DNA of 32,000 bases. Source: Idiomarina loihiensis L2TR (GTDB lineage Bacteria; Pseudomonadota; Gammaproteobacteria; Enterobacterales; Alteromonadaceae). Positions 10,798-18,621 of the stretch are shown here, piece after piece (the stretch's first letter is position 1; every line of letters begins with the position of its first letter). A program made the translations under genes and the position numbers. The stretch is taken from the NCBI RefSeq assembly GCF_000008465.1, contig NC_006512.1, positions 660,001-692,000 of the forward strand. Reading direction: 5' to 3'. The notes beneath the pieces are model-generated. The model was not told the DNA's origin. It saw only the letters and a list, made by a program, of their open reading frames with translations, and ran no database searches.

Positions 10798-11632
10798 TCC
10801 AGCGTTCTTCGTTAATAAAGGACCAGCTCCAGCCGTCCCATTTATCGCTAAGACCCTTGGTTTTTGCTTCATCAAGGGTCATTCCCTGTTGTTTCATGGT
10901 ATCAACTTCGGCTTTGGTCTCTTTAAGCATGGTTAGAAAGCCTTGGTAATCTTGTTTGTTAGCTAACGGACCGTGGCCCGGAATGATCACCGTGTCGTCA
11001 TTAATGCGATTTAATAATTCTTCAACGTTGGCGATGTAGCCGTCAACGTCACCACCGCTCTTCAGGTCAATAAAAGGGAAGCGTTCATTAAAAAATAAGT
11101 CACCGGGGTGCAGAACATTAGCGTCTTCAAACCATACTGCGCTGTCACCGTCGGTGTGGCCTGCAGGCAAATAAAACACACGAACGGTGTCATTGTTTAA
11201 GTGGAAGGTAAGGGTTGAATCAAAGGTAATGGCTGGAAGGCCGGCTGCGTTGAAATCGCTATCCTGACTCAAGCGTTCTCGCACATGGTCATGAGCATAA
11301 ATAGTTGAGTTCTGATTATTGGCAAACCAACTATTAGAACCTACATGGTCGCCGTGGAAGTGAGTGTTCAGAATATAACGAACCTCTTCACCACTCAGCT
11401 CCTTAATTTTGGCGGCAATTTTTTCTGCTACCTGAGTGTATTGATCATCCACCAGAAATACGCCGTCATCGCCGGATGACATCAGCATGTTGCCGCCAGC
11501 GCCTGTGAGCATATAAATATTATCGGCGACTTCGTTGTGCTCGACGATAACCTCTTCGGATTGATAGGCCGCTGCTGGTAAAGCAAGTACAGACAAAGTC
11601 GTCAGTACACAACTGAGTAATAATTTACGCAT
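10781..11632 (-). CDS. secreted MBL-fold metallo-hydrolase
   Basis: 283 aa with a signal peptide ([22 protein letters not shown]) and the HFHGDHVG (HxHxDH) zinc motif, with later H and D ligands. Its 3' end overlaps the argH(A) 3' end by 17 bp (convergent). Confidence 0.85.
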   Translation of the reverse strand: MRKLLLSCVLTTLSVLALPAAAYQSEEVIVEHNEVADNIYMLTGAGGNMLMSSGDDGVFLVDDQYTQVAEKIAAKIKELSGEEVRYILNTHFHGDHVGSNSWFANNQNSTIYAHDHVRERLSQDSDFNAAGLPAITFDSTLTFHLNNDTVRVFYLPAGHTDGDSAVWFEDANVLHPGDLFFNERFPFIDLKSGGDVDGYIANVEELLNRINDDTVIIPGHGPLANKQDYQGFLTMLKETKAEVDTMKQQGMTLDEAKTKGLSDKWDGWSWSFINEERWITTLY

Positions 11633-11831
11633 GGGGTTTCCTTTTTAGGTTTTTCATTATTGATATAGGTTACTTATTCAACAAGCGCAAAGATCAACAG
11701 CACGACCTCAAGTGAGTTAAATGTGAATATATTGTTACATTCTTATGTTGTCACAATATTGTCATGCAAGCGTTTTACTCTTCATCCCGACTTAAATCAT
11801 AACTGGATAAAATCCAAGTCGGGAGAACCCA

Positions 11832-13403
11832 ATGAAATTTAATACCTTATTCAAAATCTCTGCAGTATCGACAGCTTTATTTTTGGCCGGTTGCGGCGGC
11901 GACATTAATGTTACACCAACGGTTAATAATGGCGGCGGCGCTGACGGTGGTAATGGTGGCGATGGCGGTAACGCTGTTGCCTGCGCAAGCTACGGTGATG
12001 TGGAAGGTACCTACGACGGTCAAGACTGTACCTATGATGAAAACTTCGCCAGTGCGACCATCGAAATTGATGAAGATATTACTTTTGAAGAGTTGCCTGA
12101 CGGTGGTGTGCACGTATTTGAAGGCGCGCTGCAAGTTGGTGTCGATTGCGACACGACGACAAGCTGTGAAATTAACCAGAATGGCCCGGTTATGACCGTT
12201 GAACCAGGTGCTACATTGGCCTTCACCTCTGGTGAAGCCATTATTCAGATTGCTCGTGGCGCGCAGTTAAATGCTGTTGGTACTTTCGACAAGCCAATTA
12301 CATTTACCTCAGCTAACGCATTTGACCGTCTGAATGTTTCTGGCGACGCGCCACGTTATGCAGACTGGGGCGGCATCATTATTAACGGTAACGGTATTAC
12401 CAACCAGTGTACTGATGCACAGCGCGATGGCGGTACTTGTAACGTAGAGTCTGAAGGTATTGTGAGCTATTACGGTGGTAATGATAACACTGATAGCAGC
12501 GGCTCAATGAAATATGCAAAAATTTGGTACGCCGGTTCAGGCCCTCGCGATGGTGGTGATGGCGATGACCTTAACTCATTAACTTTAAACGCTGTTGGTT
12601 CTGGATCATCTTATGAATTTATCCATATTCATCAAGGCTATGATGACGGTATTGAGTTCTTCGGGGGGAAAGCGGATGTTAAAAATGTGGTTTTCACCGA
12701 TACTCAGGATGACTCAATGGACATCGATGCTGGTTGGCAAGGCCGTGCACAGTTCCTGTTTATTAAACACGGTACAGTGACGGTAGATGGCAATACTAAC
12801 TACATGGGTAACGGCGGATTTGAAGCCGACGGTGAGAAAAATAACGGTCCAGACTACAGCCAGGCACCAACGTCAGCACCGACCATTGCTAACGTAACTA
12901 TTATCACCACTGATGGTAAATCTGTACGTGATAACGATCCATCTATTGCCACTAAGTTTGATGATAACTTCCAGGGTCAAATGTATAACGTCCTGAAAGT
13001 TAAAGAGAATGGTACTGCTGACGACGGTTGTATCTTCTTTACTTCAGACGGTGAAGCAGGCGTAGATAACGGCGAGCTGGACTTCTACAGCTCAGTTTTA
13101 GCCTGTACTAACAACTTCGTAAATACCGGTGATAACACCTTTGCAGATGGCGAAACTTACTCAGCCTGGTATCCGAACGGCGGCGTAAACGAAATTCTTG
13201 ATGGCTCCGCTACTGTTCTGAATGACGACGGTATCTCTACAGATATGACTTCTTCTATCACTATCTCGGCGAATGACTTAACGTCACTAAACGATGACTT
13301 CTTTACTCCGGTTGATTTCATCGGCGCATTGTCTGACGACGATACAAGCTCTGAGTGGTACCAGTGGGTTGAAACTGCTGTAGCTGCTGCTGACGCAGAC
13401 TAA
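11832..13403 (+). CDS. lipoprotein of unknown function, putative parallel beta-helix, partner of the downstream TonB-dependent receptor
   Basis: 523 aa with a lipobox (..ALFLAGC GG), followed by a Gly/Asn/Asp-rich linker. It has repetitive G/N/D-rich segments (..WGGIIINGNG.., ..DDGIEFFGG.ADV.NVVFT...DDSMDIDAGW..). An SD-like GGGAGA lies 6 nt before the ATG. Confidence 0.8.
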   Translation: MKFNTLFKISAVSTALFLAGCGGDINVTPTVNNGGGADGGNGGDGGNAVACASYGDVEGTYDGQDCTYDENFASATIEIDEDITFEELPDGGVHVFEGALQVGVDCDTTTSCEINQNGPVMTVEPGATLAFTSGEAIIQIARGAQLNAVGTFDKPITFTSANAFDRLNVSGDAPRYADWGGIIINGNGITNQCTDAQRDGGTCNVESEGIVSYYGGNDNTDSSGSMKYAKIWYAGSGPRDGGDGDDLNSLTLNAVGSGSSYEFIHIHQGYDDGIEFFGGKADVKNVVFTDTQDDSMDIDAGWQGRAQFLFIKHGTVTVDGNTNYMGNGGFEADGEKNNGPDYSQAPTSAPTIANVTIITTDGKSVRDNDPSIATKFDDNFQGQMYNVLKVKENGTADDGCIFFTSDGEAGVDNGELDFYSSVLACTNNFVNTGDNTFADGETYSAWYPNGGVNEILDGSATVLNDDGISTDMTSSITISANDLTSLNDDFFTPVDFIGALSDDDTSSEWYQWVETAVAAADAD

Positions 13404-13423
13404 TTTGAGTTGGAATGCGAATG

Positions 13424-13460
13424 AATAGGCGCAACGGTGTTGCGCCTATTTTCCGATTTT
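13424..13460 (+). terminator. intrinsic terminator or attenuator between the lipoprotein gene and the TonB-dependent receptor gene
   Basis: 11-bp stem AATAGGCGCAA / TTGCGCCTATT (13424-13434 with 13440-13450), loop CGGTG, followed by TTCCGATTTT. Confidence 0.7.
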
Positions 13461-13476
13461 ATTGCAGGAGTTGGTT

Positions 13477-16182
13477 ATGAAAAATCAATACAAACTCAAG
13501 CCTGTTGCTTTAGCGGTTGGATTAGGGTTGTTTGCCTCTGCGCCAGCAGCTTTGGCTCAGCAAGCCGATGAAGCAGACGTTGAACGCGAATCGACCATTG
13601 AAGAAGTGGTTACCACCGGCAGTCGTTTGCAGGGTAGTGCCGCGGCTGTTGTTCAGGAACGTAAAAATCAGGCTTTTGTGGCTGATATTCTGGGTGCCGA
13701 GCAGTTGTCTCGTTCTGGCGACAGCGACGCGGCCTCGGCTTTACGGCGGGTGACCGGTTTAACCCTAGTCGATGGTAAATTTATTTATGTGCGCGGTTTA
13801 GGCGAGCGTTATTCAAGTGCCCGTATTAATGGTGCCAGCATTCCCAGCCCGGATTTAACCCGTAACGTGATTCCGCTGGATATTATTCCATCGACCATTA
13901 TTGAGAGTATGGCAGTACAAAAGGTGTTTTCACCTTCTATGCCGGCGGCTTTTGGTGGTGGTAATATTGATATTCGTACGCGTTCTTTGCCTGACGACTT
14001 TGTTTTTAGTGTTGAAGCGGGCGTTGGTATGAACAGCAACGCAGACGAAGGTTATACCTATAACCGGGACGACAGCGGTATTCCGGCAGGCATAAAAGAC
14101 GCAATTGGCCGCTACCAGGGTGACTTTAGTCTACGTAATATTGTTAATACCGACGGTCTGACGGGTTCTGGAAATAGTGCGGGTAATCAGGCAAGAGCAA
14201 TTAATGCCTCGCTGGCAAAGCAATTGCCACGAGACATGGTGCTGAAGAAAGAATCTTTAGACCCTAACATGGACTTTAAAGCCACCTTAGGTAATAGCTT
14301 TGACGAGTCATTTTTCGGTGGAACTATAGGCGTGTTAGCCGCGGCTTCCTACGATAATGACTGGGATGTTTCTGAACGCAAGAATGCGGTTATCAGTAAC
14401 AACGCAACAGCTGATTGTTCAACGTCTCTGGCGACGGTCGAAGACATCTCTAAGTCTTGTTACAACACCTTTGAAGAAACCACAGTAACGACAGAAACTG
14501 AGCGTCTGAACGGCTTTTTCACTGCGGGTTATGAATTAGATACACACAGTGTCAGTTATACCAAAATTTATCTAGAAGACTCGGAAGATGAATCGGAGTT
14601 TGGTATCAAGCAAAGCCCGAACGGTAGTAACCTGAAAACCATAGTTGGAACCGGTATAGCTAACCGCGAGCACGAATTCAAATACGAAGAGCGTGTCTTA
14701 AACGTTGATCAGTTCCGCGGCCAACATACTCTTATGGACTATTGGGGCATTGGTTTCGACTGGCAGTATACGGAATCAAAAGCGGAAACGGATATCCCTA
14801 CCGAAGTTTCGTATCGTTTTGACGATATTTATGACACCGAGGGTAACTTCTCTGAAACTCGCGTAACGGGCGATGACAACCGTGCTATTTTCCAGTTTGT
14901 TGATATGGAAGATAACGTTAAGTCTTACGGCGGTAACCTGTCATTACCACTTGCATTTTCTGGAATAGAGCTTGAGCTAAAAGCAGGCTATGACTTTGTT
15001 GATAAAGCGCGTTATTACAGTACCAGTCGCTTTAGTCTGGACAATGCATCGGGTTCGCGTTTGTCAGTGCTGGACGACTTAGATGACGTGTTAGGTGTCA
15101 CGGGTTATTTGACGGATGATGTTATTGATGACAACGATTTCCGTATTTCTTTCCGTGAACCCGGTGCGCCAAATGCGGATGACTATCTGGCCGCTCAGAA
15201 AATTGATGCCTATTACGGTGAGTTCGATGCAATATTCGATAACACCTGGCGTGTAAGTGGTGGTGTTCGTTATGAAGACTTTAAACAGGTTTCTCTGGCA
15301 ACATCGAGCTTAATTTTTAGTGAGCAGGATTTAAATAATTATTTCAATCCTGAGCGTGTGCTTGAAAGCACCATTGCTGAAGACGACCTCTACACGGCTT
15401 TATCGTTGACTTATATGGCCAGTGATAATTACCAGCTGCGTTTTGGTTACGGCGAAACCGTTGTGCGTCCGGATTTACGTGAAACAGTGCCGGTGGCTTA
15501 CTACGACCCAATTACGGACATTCGTACGTTCGGTAGAGCTGGCTTAGAGAGCAGTGATTTACGTAACTACGATGCACGCTTTGAGTACTATGCCGATAAT
15601 GGCGACAATTACACCATTGCGGCTTTCTATAAGGACATAGAGAACCCCATTGAGTCAGTGCTTCAGGTGGGCGATGAAGATTACACCTTAAGTTACGTTA
15701 ATGGTGAATCAGCTGAAGTCTATGGCGTTGAGCTTGAGTGGCTGCACGATTTAGGTTACCTGGCGAACGGGTTTTTTACCTCTGGTAACTTAACCTGGAG
15801 TGACTCTGAAGCGTCGATTGATCCGGCATTGGCGGGTAACTTAACCAACCGGACTAAGCGTATGACGGGACACTCTGAGTACGTTGCCAACTTCCAGTTG
15901 AACTACGACTCAGCTAACGGAGAACATGCGACCTCACTGGTGTATAACGTGTTTGGTGAGCGTATCTTAGCGGCTGGTATCGGTGGACGTGAGGACGCTT
16001 ATGAGCAACCCTTCCATTCACTGGACTTGGTTTATAACTATTATCCGAGCTTTAATTCTAAAATCGGCTTAAAAGTTAAGAACCTGCTGGGCGAAGATCA
16101 GGAAGTGACTCAGTCGGATATTCTGGTTCGTAGTAAAGAAGTAGGAACTGTCGTTAGCTTAAGTTACAGCTACGAGTTCTAA
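13477..16182 (+). CDS. TonB-dependent outer-membrane receptor
   Basis: ATG at 13477 lies 6 nt after AGGAG (the ORF-track frame opens at a TTG at 13462). It has a signal peptide ending ..PAALAQQ, a plug region (IEEVVTTGSRLQG.., ..GLGERYS...NG..), a long beta-barrel, and a C-terminal ..SYSYEF with terminal Phe. Confidence 0.93.
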   Translation: MKNQYKLKPVALAVGLGLFASAPAALAQQADEADVERESTIEEVVTTGSRLQGSAAAVVQERKNQAFVADILGAEQLSRSGDSDAASALRRVTGLTLVDGKFIYVRGLGERYSSARINGASIPSPDLTRNVIPLDIIPSTIIESMAVQKVFSPSMPAAFGGGNIDIRTRSLPDDFVFSVEAGVGMNSNADEGYTYNRDDSGIPAGIKDAIGRYQGDFSLRNIVNTDGLTGSGNSAGNQARAINASLAKQLPRDMVLKKESLDPNMDFKATLGNSFDESFFGGTIGVLAAASYDNDWDVSERKNAVISNNATADCSTSLATVEDISKSCYNTFEETTVTTETERLNGFFTAGYELDTHSVSYTKIYLEDSEDESEFGIKQSPNGSNLKTIVGTGIANREHEFKYEERVLNVDQFRGQHTLMDYWGIGFDWQYTESKAETDIPTEVSYRFDDIYDTEGNFSETRVTGDDNRAIFQFVDMEDNVKSYGGNLSLPLAFSGIELELKAGYDFVDKARYYSTSRFSLDNASGSRLSVLDDLDDVLGVTGYLTDDVIDDNDFRISFREPGAPNADDYLAAQKIDAYYGEFDAIFDNTWRVSGGVRYEDFKQVSLATSSLIFSEQDLNNYFNPERVLESTIAEDDLYTALSLTYMASDNYQLRFGYGETVVRPDLRETVPVAYYDPITDIRTFGRAGLESSDLRNYDARFEYYADNGDNYTIAAFYKDIENPIESVLQVGDEDYTLSYVNGESAEVYGVELEWLHDLGYLANGFFTSGNLTWSDSEASIDPALAGNLTNRTKRMTGHSEYVANFQLNYDSANGEHATSLVYNVFGERILAAGIGGREDAYEQPFHSLDLVYNYYPSFNSKIGLKVKNLLGEDQEVTQSDILVRSKEVGTVVSLSYSYEF

Positions 16183-16209
16183 GTAGATACCATCTTGTAC
16201 CAATCGACT

Positions 16210-17223
16210 TCAAACACTCAATGATGTTTGAGGTCGATATTCTTCCTGGTGCTTGATAACGCCGAAGCAGATTTGTACCAGTTTCCTCATGGCGGCACCA
16301 AGCGCCTGCATTTTCGTCTTACCCTGAGCTAACAACCTTTGTTTCTGATAAGCGATGTCCGGGTTACAACGGCTGGCAACTACGGCCGGCAGGTACAGTA
16401 AAGCTCGTATGGCCGAAGGCCCGATTTTGCTTAACCGGGTCATCCCTTTATGTGAGCCGGACTCCTGTAGCCTGGGTATCAACCCCAGATAGGCCGCCGC
16501 CTCTTTGGCGCTGCTGAAGCGTTTTACGCTGAACAAGCTGGTCAGCTCTCGGGAAACCGTCGGTCCCACACCATCAATACTCTCAAGCAACTCACGGTTT
16601 TTCTTTAACTGCGGGTGCCCGTCAATATGGTCATCAATTTCTTTTAGCAGTGCTTTAATTTCCTCATTGAGAACGGCGATCATGTCTTCAATCGATTTCA
16701 CCACCCGTGGTGAAGTGTCGGTATTCGCGCAGGCTTCCAGCCGATTCCTCTCGCGCAAAACGTCCTTTTGCAAAGCATTCAGGCGTCTGAGTAACAGTTT
16801 CAGGTGCCGGGCTTCCGGCGATTCAGGCTCCCACCAGGTAATGTCACCTTTATGGGCTTTATCTTCCGTAAAACGAGCCAGCAGGAGGCTGTCGGATTTG
16901 TCCGTTTTATGGGTAACGCCAAGCGACTCGAAGTATTTCTTTGCCCGTCCCGGGTTAGCAATAAAGAGCTTAAATCCCTGCTCGTGCAGCGTATAAATCA
17001 AAGCTTCGTGATAAATCCCGGTCGCTTCAATCCCTATCGCGATGTTCTGTGCTTTATGCTGAGTCTGCTGTTTTAACCAGCTCTCAAGCTGAGAGAACGC
17101 CTGACGGTCGTTCTTAAAGACCTTCGTTTTCTTCTTCCTCTGTCCGTTTTTACCCAGCTTGTCGGAATAAAAACCAACGTCTAATTTCTTTTTACTTACA
17201 TCAATGCCAACGTATGCTGTCAT
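16210..17223 (-). CDS. IS110-family (DEDD) transposase/recombinase
   Basis: 337 aa: MTAYVGIDVSKKKLDV.., ..GIEATGIYHE.., ..KTDKSDS.. (DEDD RuvC-like N-domain). The C-terminal Transposase_20-type segment is ..GVGP.VSRELTS......AAYLGLIPRLQESGS.. Confidence 0.93.
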   Translation of the reverse strand: MTAYVGIDVSKKKLDVGFYSDKLGKNGQRKKKTKVFKNDRQAFSQLESWLKQQTQHKAQNIAIGIEATGIYHEALIYTLHEQGFKLFIANPGRAKKYFESLGVTHKTDKSDSLLLARFTEDKAHKGDITWWEPESPEARHLKLLLRRLNALQKDVLRERNRLEACANTDTSPRVVKSIEDMIAVLNEEIKALLKEIDDHIDGHPQLKKNRELLESIDGVGPTVSRELTSLFSVKRFSSAKEAAAYLGLIPRLQESGSHKGMTRLSKIGPSAIRALLYLPAVVASRCNPDIAYQKQRLLAQGKTKMQALGAAMRKLVQICFGVIKHQEEYRPQTSLSV

Positions 17224-17406
17224 CTCTCTTTTTACTCCGCTTGTTCATACGGCCTCACCATTTATAATGGGGACCTGGATACCATTCAGTGTCTAAGAGA
17301 AATGGGGCTGGGGTCTGAATCTACGGCGCAGCATTAAATGCTTGCCTGACGTACTGACTCACCAGCCCCTATTGTGACATTCGGTAGCTAATCAAATGCC
17401 ACTGAC
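17224..17406 (-). ncRNA. candidate bridge (guide) RNA in the IS110 5' non-coding end
   Basis: 183-nt leader read on the - strand. The outer stem GGGGCTGG/CCAGCCCC encloses an internal loop (UGAGUCAG / GAUUCAGACC). This is followed by stems UAC/GUA, GGC/GCC and AGCAU/AUGCU. A second set of CCAUU/AAUGG hairpins lies nearer the ATG. The call is an inference from the architecture only. Confidence 0.35.
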
Positions 17407-17412
17407 AGATAC

Positions 17413-17474
17413 AAGCCTGATGTTTACATCAGGTGAGATGCTTGAAGTCATTATCTGATGTTGAACATTCGGCT
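17413..17474. repeat. REP unit plus a degenerate inverted REP unit
   Basis: AAGCCTGATGTTTACATCAGGTGAGATG (17413-17440), then the degenerate ATCTGATGTTGAACATTCGGCTA (17452-17474). Confidence 0.75.
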
Positions 17475-17490
17475 ACGGAGAGGAATAGTG

Positions 17491-17625
17491 GTAGAGGGCG
17501 CGCCTGACGGTTGCAGCGGACTATTGAGGAGGTGTGCAGCGCCATGGATGGCGCTGCCCAAGCCCTACAGGGATGTATTTACGGGCGTCCTCCTCAATAG
17601 TCCCTGCGGCCTCAGCGCCCGCTAC
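17491..17625. repeat. GC-rich imperfect long hairpin / three-way-junction element (MITE-like or structured RNA, unclassified)
   Basis: A perfect 15-bp pairing GGACTATTGAGGAGG (17518-17532) with CCTCCTCAATAGTCC (17589-17603) is extended by imperfect arms back to 17491 and 17625. The 56-nt centre holds two hairpins: CAGCGCC-ATGGAT-GGCGCTG and GCCC-TACA-GGGA-TGTA..GGGC. It is visibly much more GC-rich than its surroundings. Confidence 0.6.
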
Positions 17626-17633
17626 ATCCACCT

Positions 17634-17656
17634 CACCTGAGGTGAACCTCAGGCTA
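17634..17656. repeat. REP unit (inverted orientation) overlapping the mscS-family stop codon
   Basis: CACCTGAGGTGAACCTCAGGCTA. The reverse-strand TAG stop (17654-17656) is the TAG of the TAGCCTGA repeat head. Confidence 0.75.
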
Positions 17657-18541
17657 CTTCATCTTTATCTCTAGCGGCTTTAACGTATCCAAATGCACGT
17701 CGCGTTGAGGGAAGGCGATAACAATATCGTTCTCGGCGAAAAGCTTATCGAGCTTAAAACGAATATCAGACTGTACCCGGCGAATATCCATAGGGGCTTC
17801 TACCTCGGTCCAGAACAGTAAGTTGAAGGTTAAACTGTTATCACCAAAGTCGTCGAAGAAAACCTCAAAAGGTAAGCGTTGAACAATTTTCTCGTGTTGG
17901 CTGGCGGCTTCCATCATCAATTCGCGGACTCTGTCTATCGGCGAGCCATAAGCAACGCCCACGGTGACTGTGCTGCGTATTTCAGTGGATATCAGCGTCC
18001 AGTTCACTACGCGCTGTTCCAGAAAGTAGCTGTTTGGTACCAGCACATGCACACCGTCGAAACGTTTGATGCGAACGCAGCGGTTACCAATTTCTTCAAT
18101 ACGACCGCGTTCGTTCTCCAGCTCTACAATGTCACCAATGCGGATAGGGCGCTCGGCAATTAATATCATGCCGGAAATAAGGTTATTGAGCAGGTTCTGG
18201 GCACCAAAACCGACACCAATGGCTAATGCACCACCCAGAACCGCGAATATGGTAATAGGGATGCCAGCGACCGGTAGGGCAATGAGCACAATAAGTACAT
18301 AAGCCAGAAAAGAGAATAACTTACGAAAAGCATAAATGGTGTTCTGAGAGGCGTGGCCGGATTTTAAGGCACGCTTAACCAGACTAGAGCCTATCCAGCG
18401 TATGACGATTACGCCAACAATAATCAGCGTAATAGCAATAATGACCTGGCTTAGGTATATCTGCGCGTCTCCGGTTTTCCATAACTCGACATTCCAGATT
18501 CTATTTAAACCAGAAGAGATGTCTGTCCAGGACATTTGCAT
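17654..18541 (-). CDS. small-conductance mechanosensitive channel (MscS family)
   Basis: 295 aa with three N-terminal TM helices, a pore-lining Gly/Ala-rich helix (..GGALAIGVGFGAQNLLNNLISG..), then a beta-domain (..PIRIGD.VE......G.IEEIG.R..R....DG....VPNS..). Confidence 0.9.
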   Translation of the reverse strand: MQMSWTDISSGLNRIWNVELWKTGDAQIYLSQVIIAITLIIVGVIVIRWIGSSLVKRALKSGHASQNTIYAFRKLFSFLAYVLIVLIALPVAGIPITIFAVLGGALAIGVGFGAQNLLNNLISGMILIAERPIRIGDIVELENERGRIEEIGNRCVRIKRFDGVHVLVPNSYFLEQRVVNWTLISTEIRSTVTVGVAYGSPIDRVRELMMEAASQHEKIVQRLPFEVFFDDFGDNSLTFNLLFWTEVEAPMDIRRVQSDIRFKLDKLFAENDIVIAFPQRDVHLDTLKPLEIKMK

Positions 18542-18621
18542 AATCTATTTACCTATTATAGTGAATCTTTCTTTGTAATTTACGCGAAAAACACGTACAT
18601 TGCGCGCTCAATTTTTACCCT

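Larger units (their letters stand above)
16191..17406 (-). mobile_element. IS110-family insertion sequence (boundaries tentative, about 1.2 kb)
   Basis: It carries a DEDD transposase ORF and has no terminal inverted repeats. AGATAC flanks both sides (16185-16190 and 17407-17412). The right flank abuts a host REP unit and the left flank lies 3 nt after the TBDR stop codon. Confidence 0.7.

Noticed and set aside
16194-17244. CTTGT at 16194-16198 and 17240-17244 as an IS492-style 5-bp target duplication
   Set aside because: This would make the element only about 1.04 kb, with 16 nt upstream of the ATG and the SD right at the terminus. It would also leave the structured 183-nt leader outside the IS. 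A chance recurrence of a 5-mer is more likely.
17491-17625. Integron attC site or retron msr/msd as an explanation of the GC-rich hairpin
   Set aside because: The ends carry no RYYYAAC / GTTRRRY core sites and no intI gene is nearby. No reverse transcriptase gene is adjacent, as a retron would need.
17458-17640. 60-aa plus-strand ORF (MLNIRLRRGIVVEGAPDGCSG..)
   Set aside because: It lies entirely inside the GC-rich palindromic element and REP units. It has no SD, and the open frame is a by-product of the GC-rich repeat.
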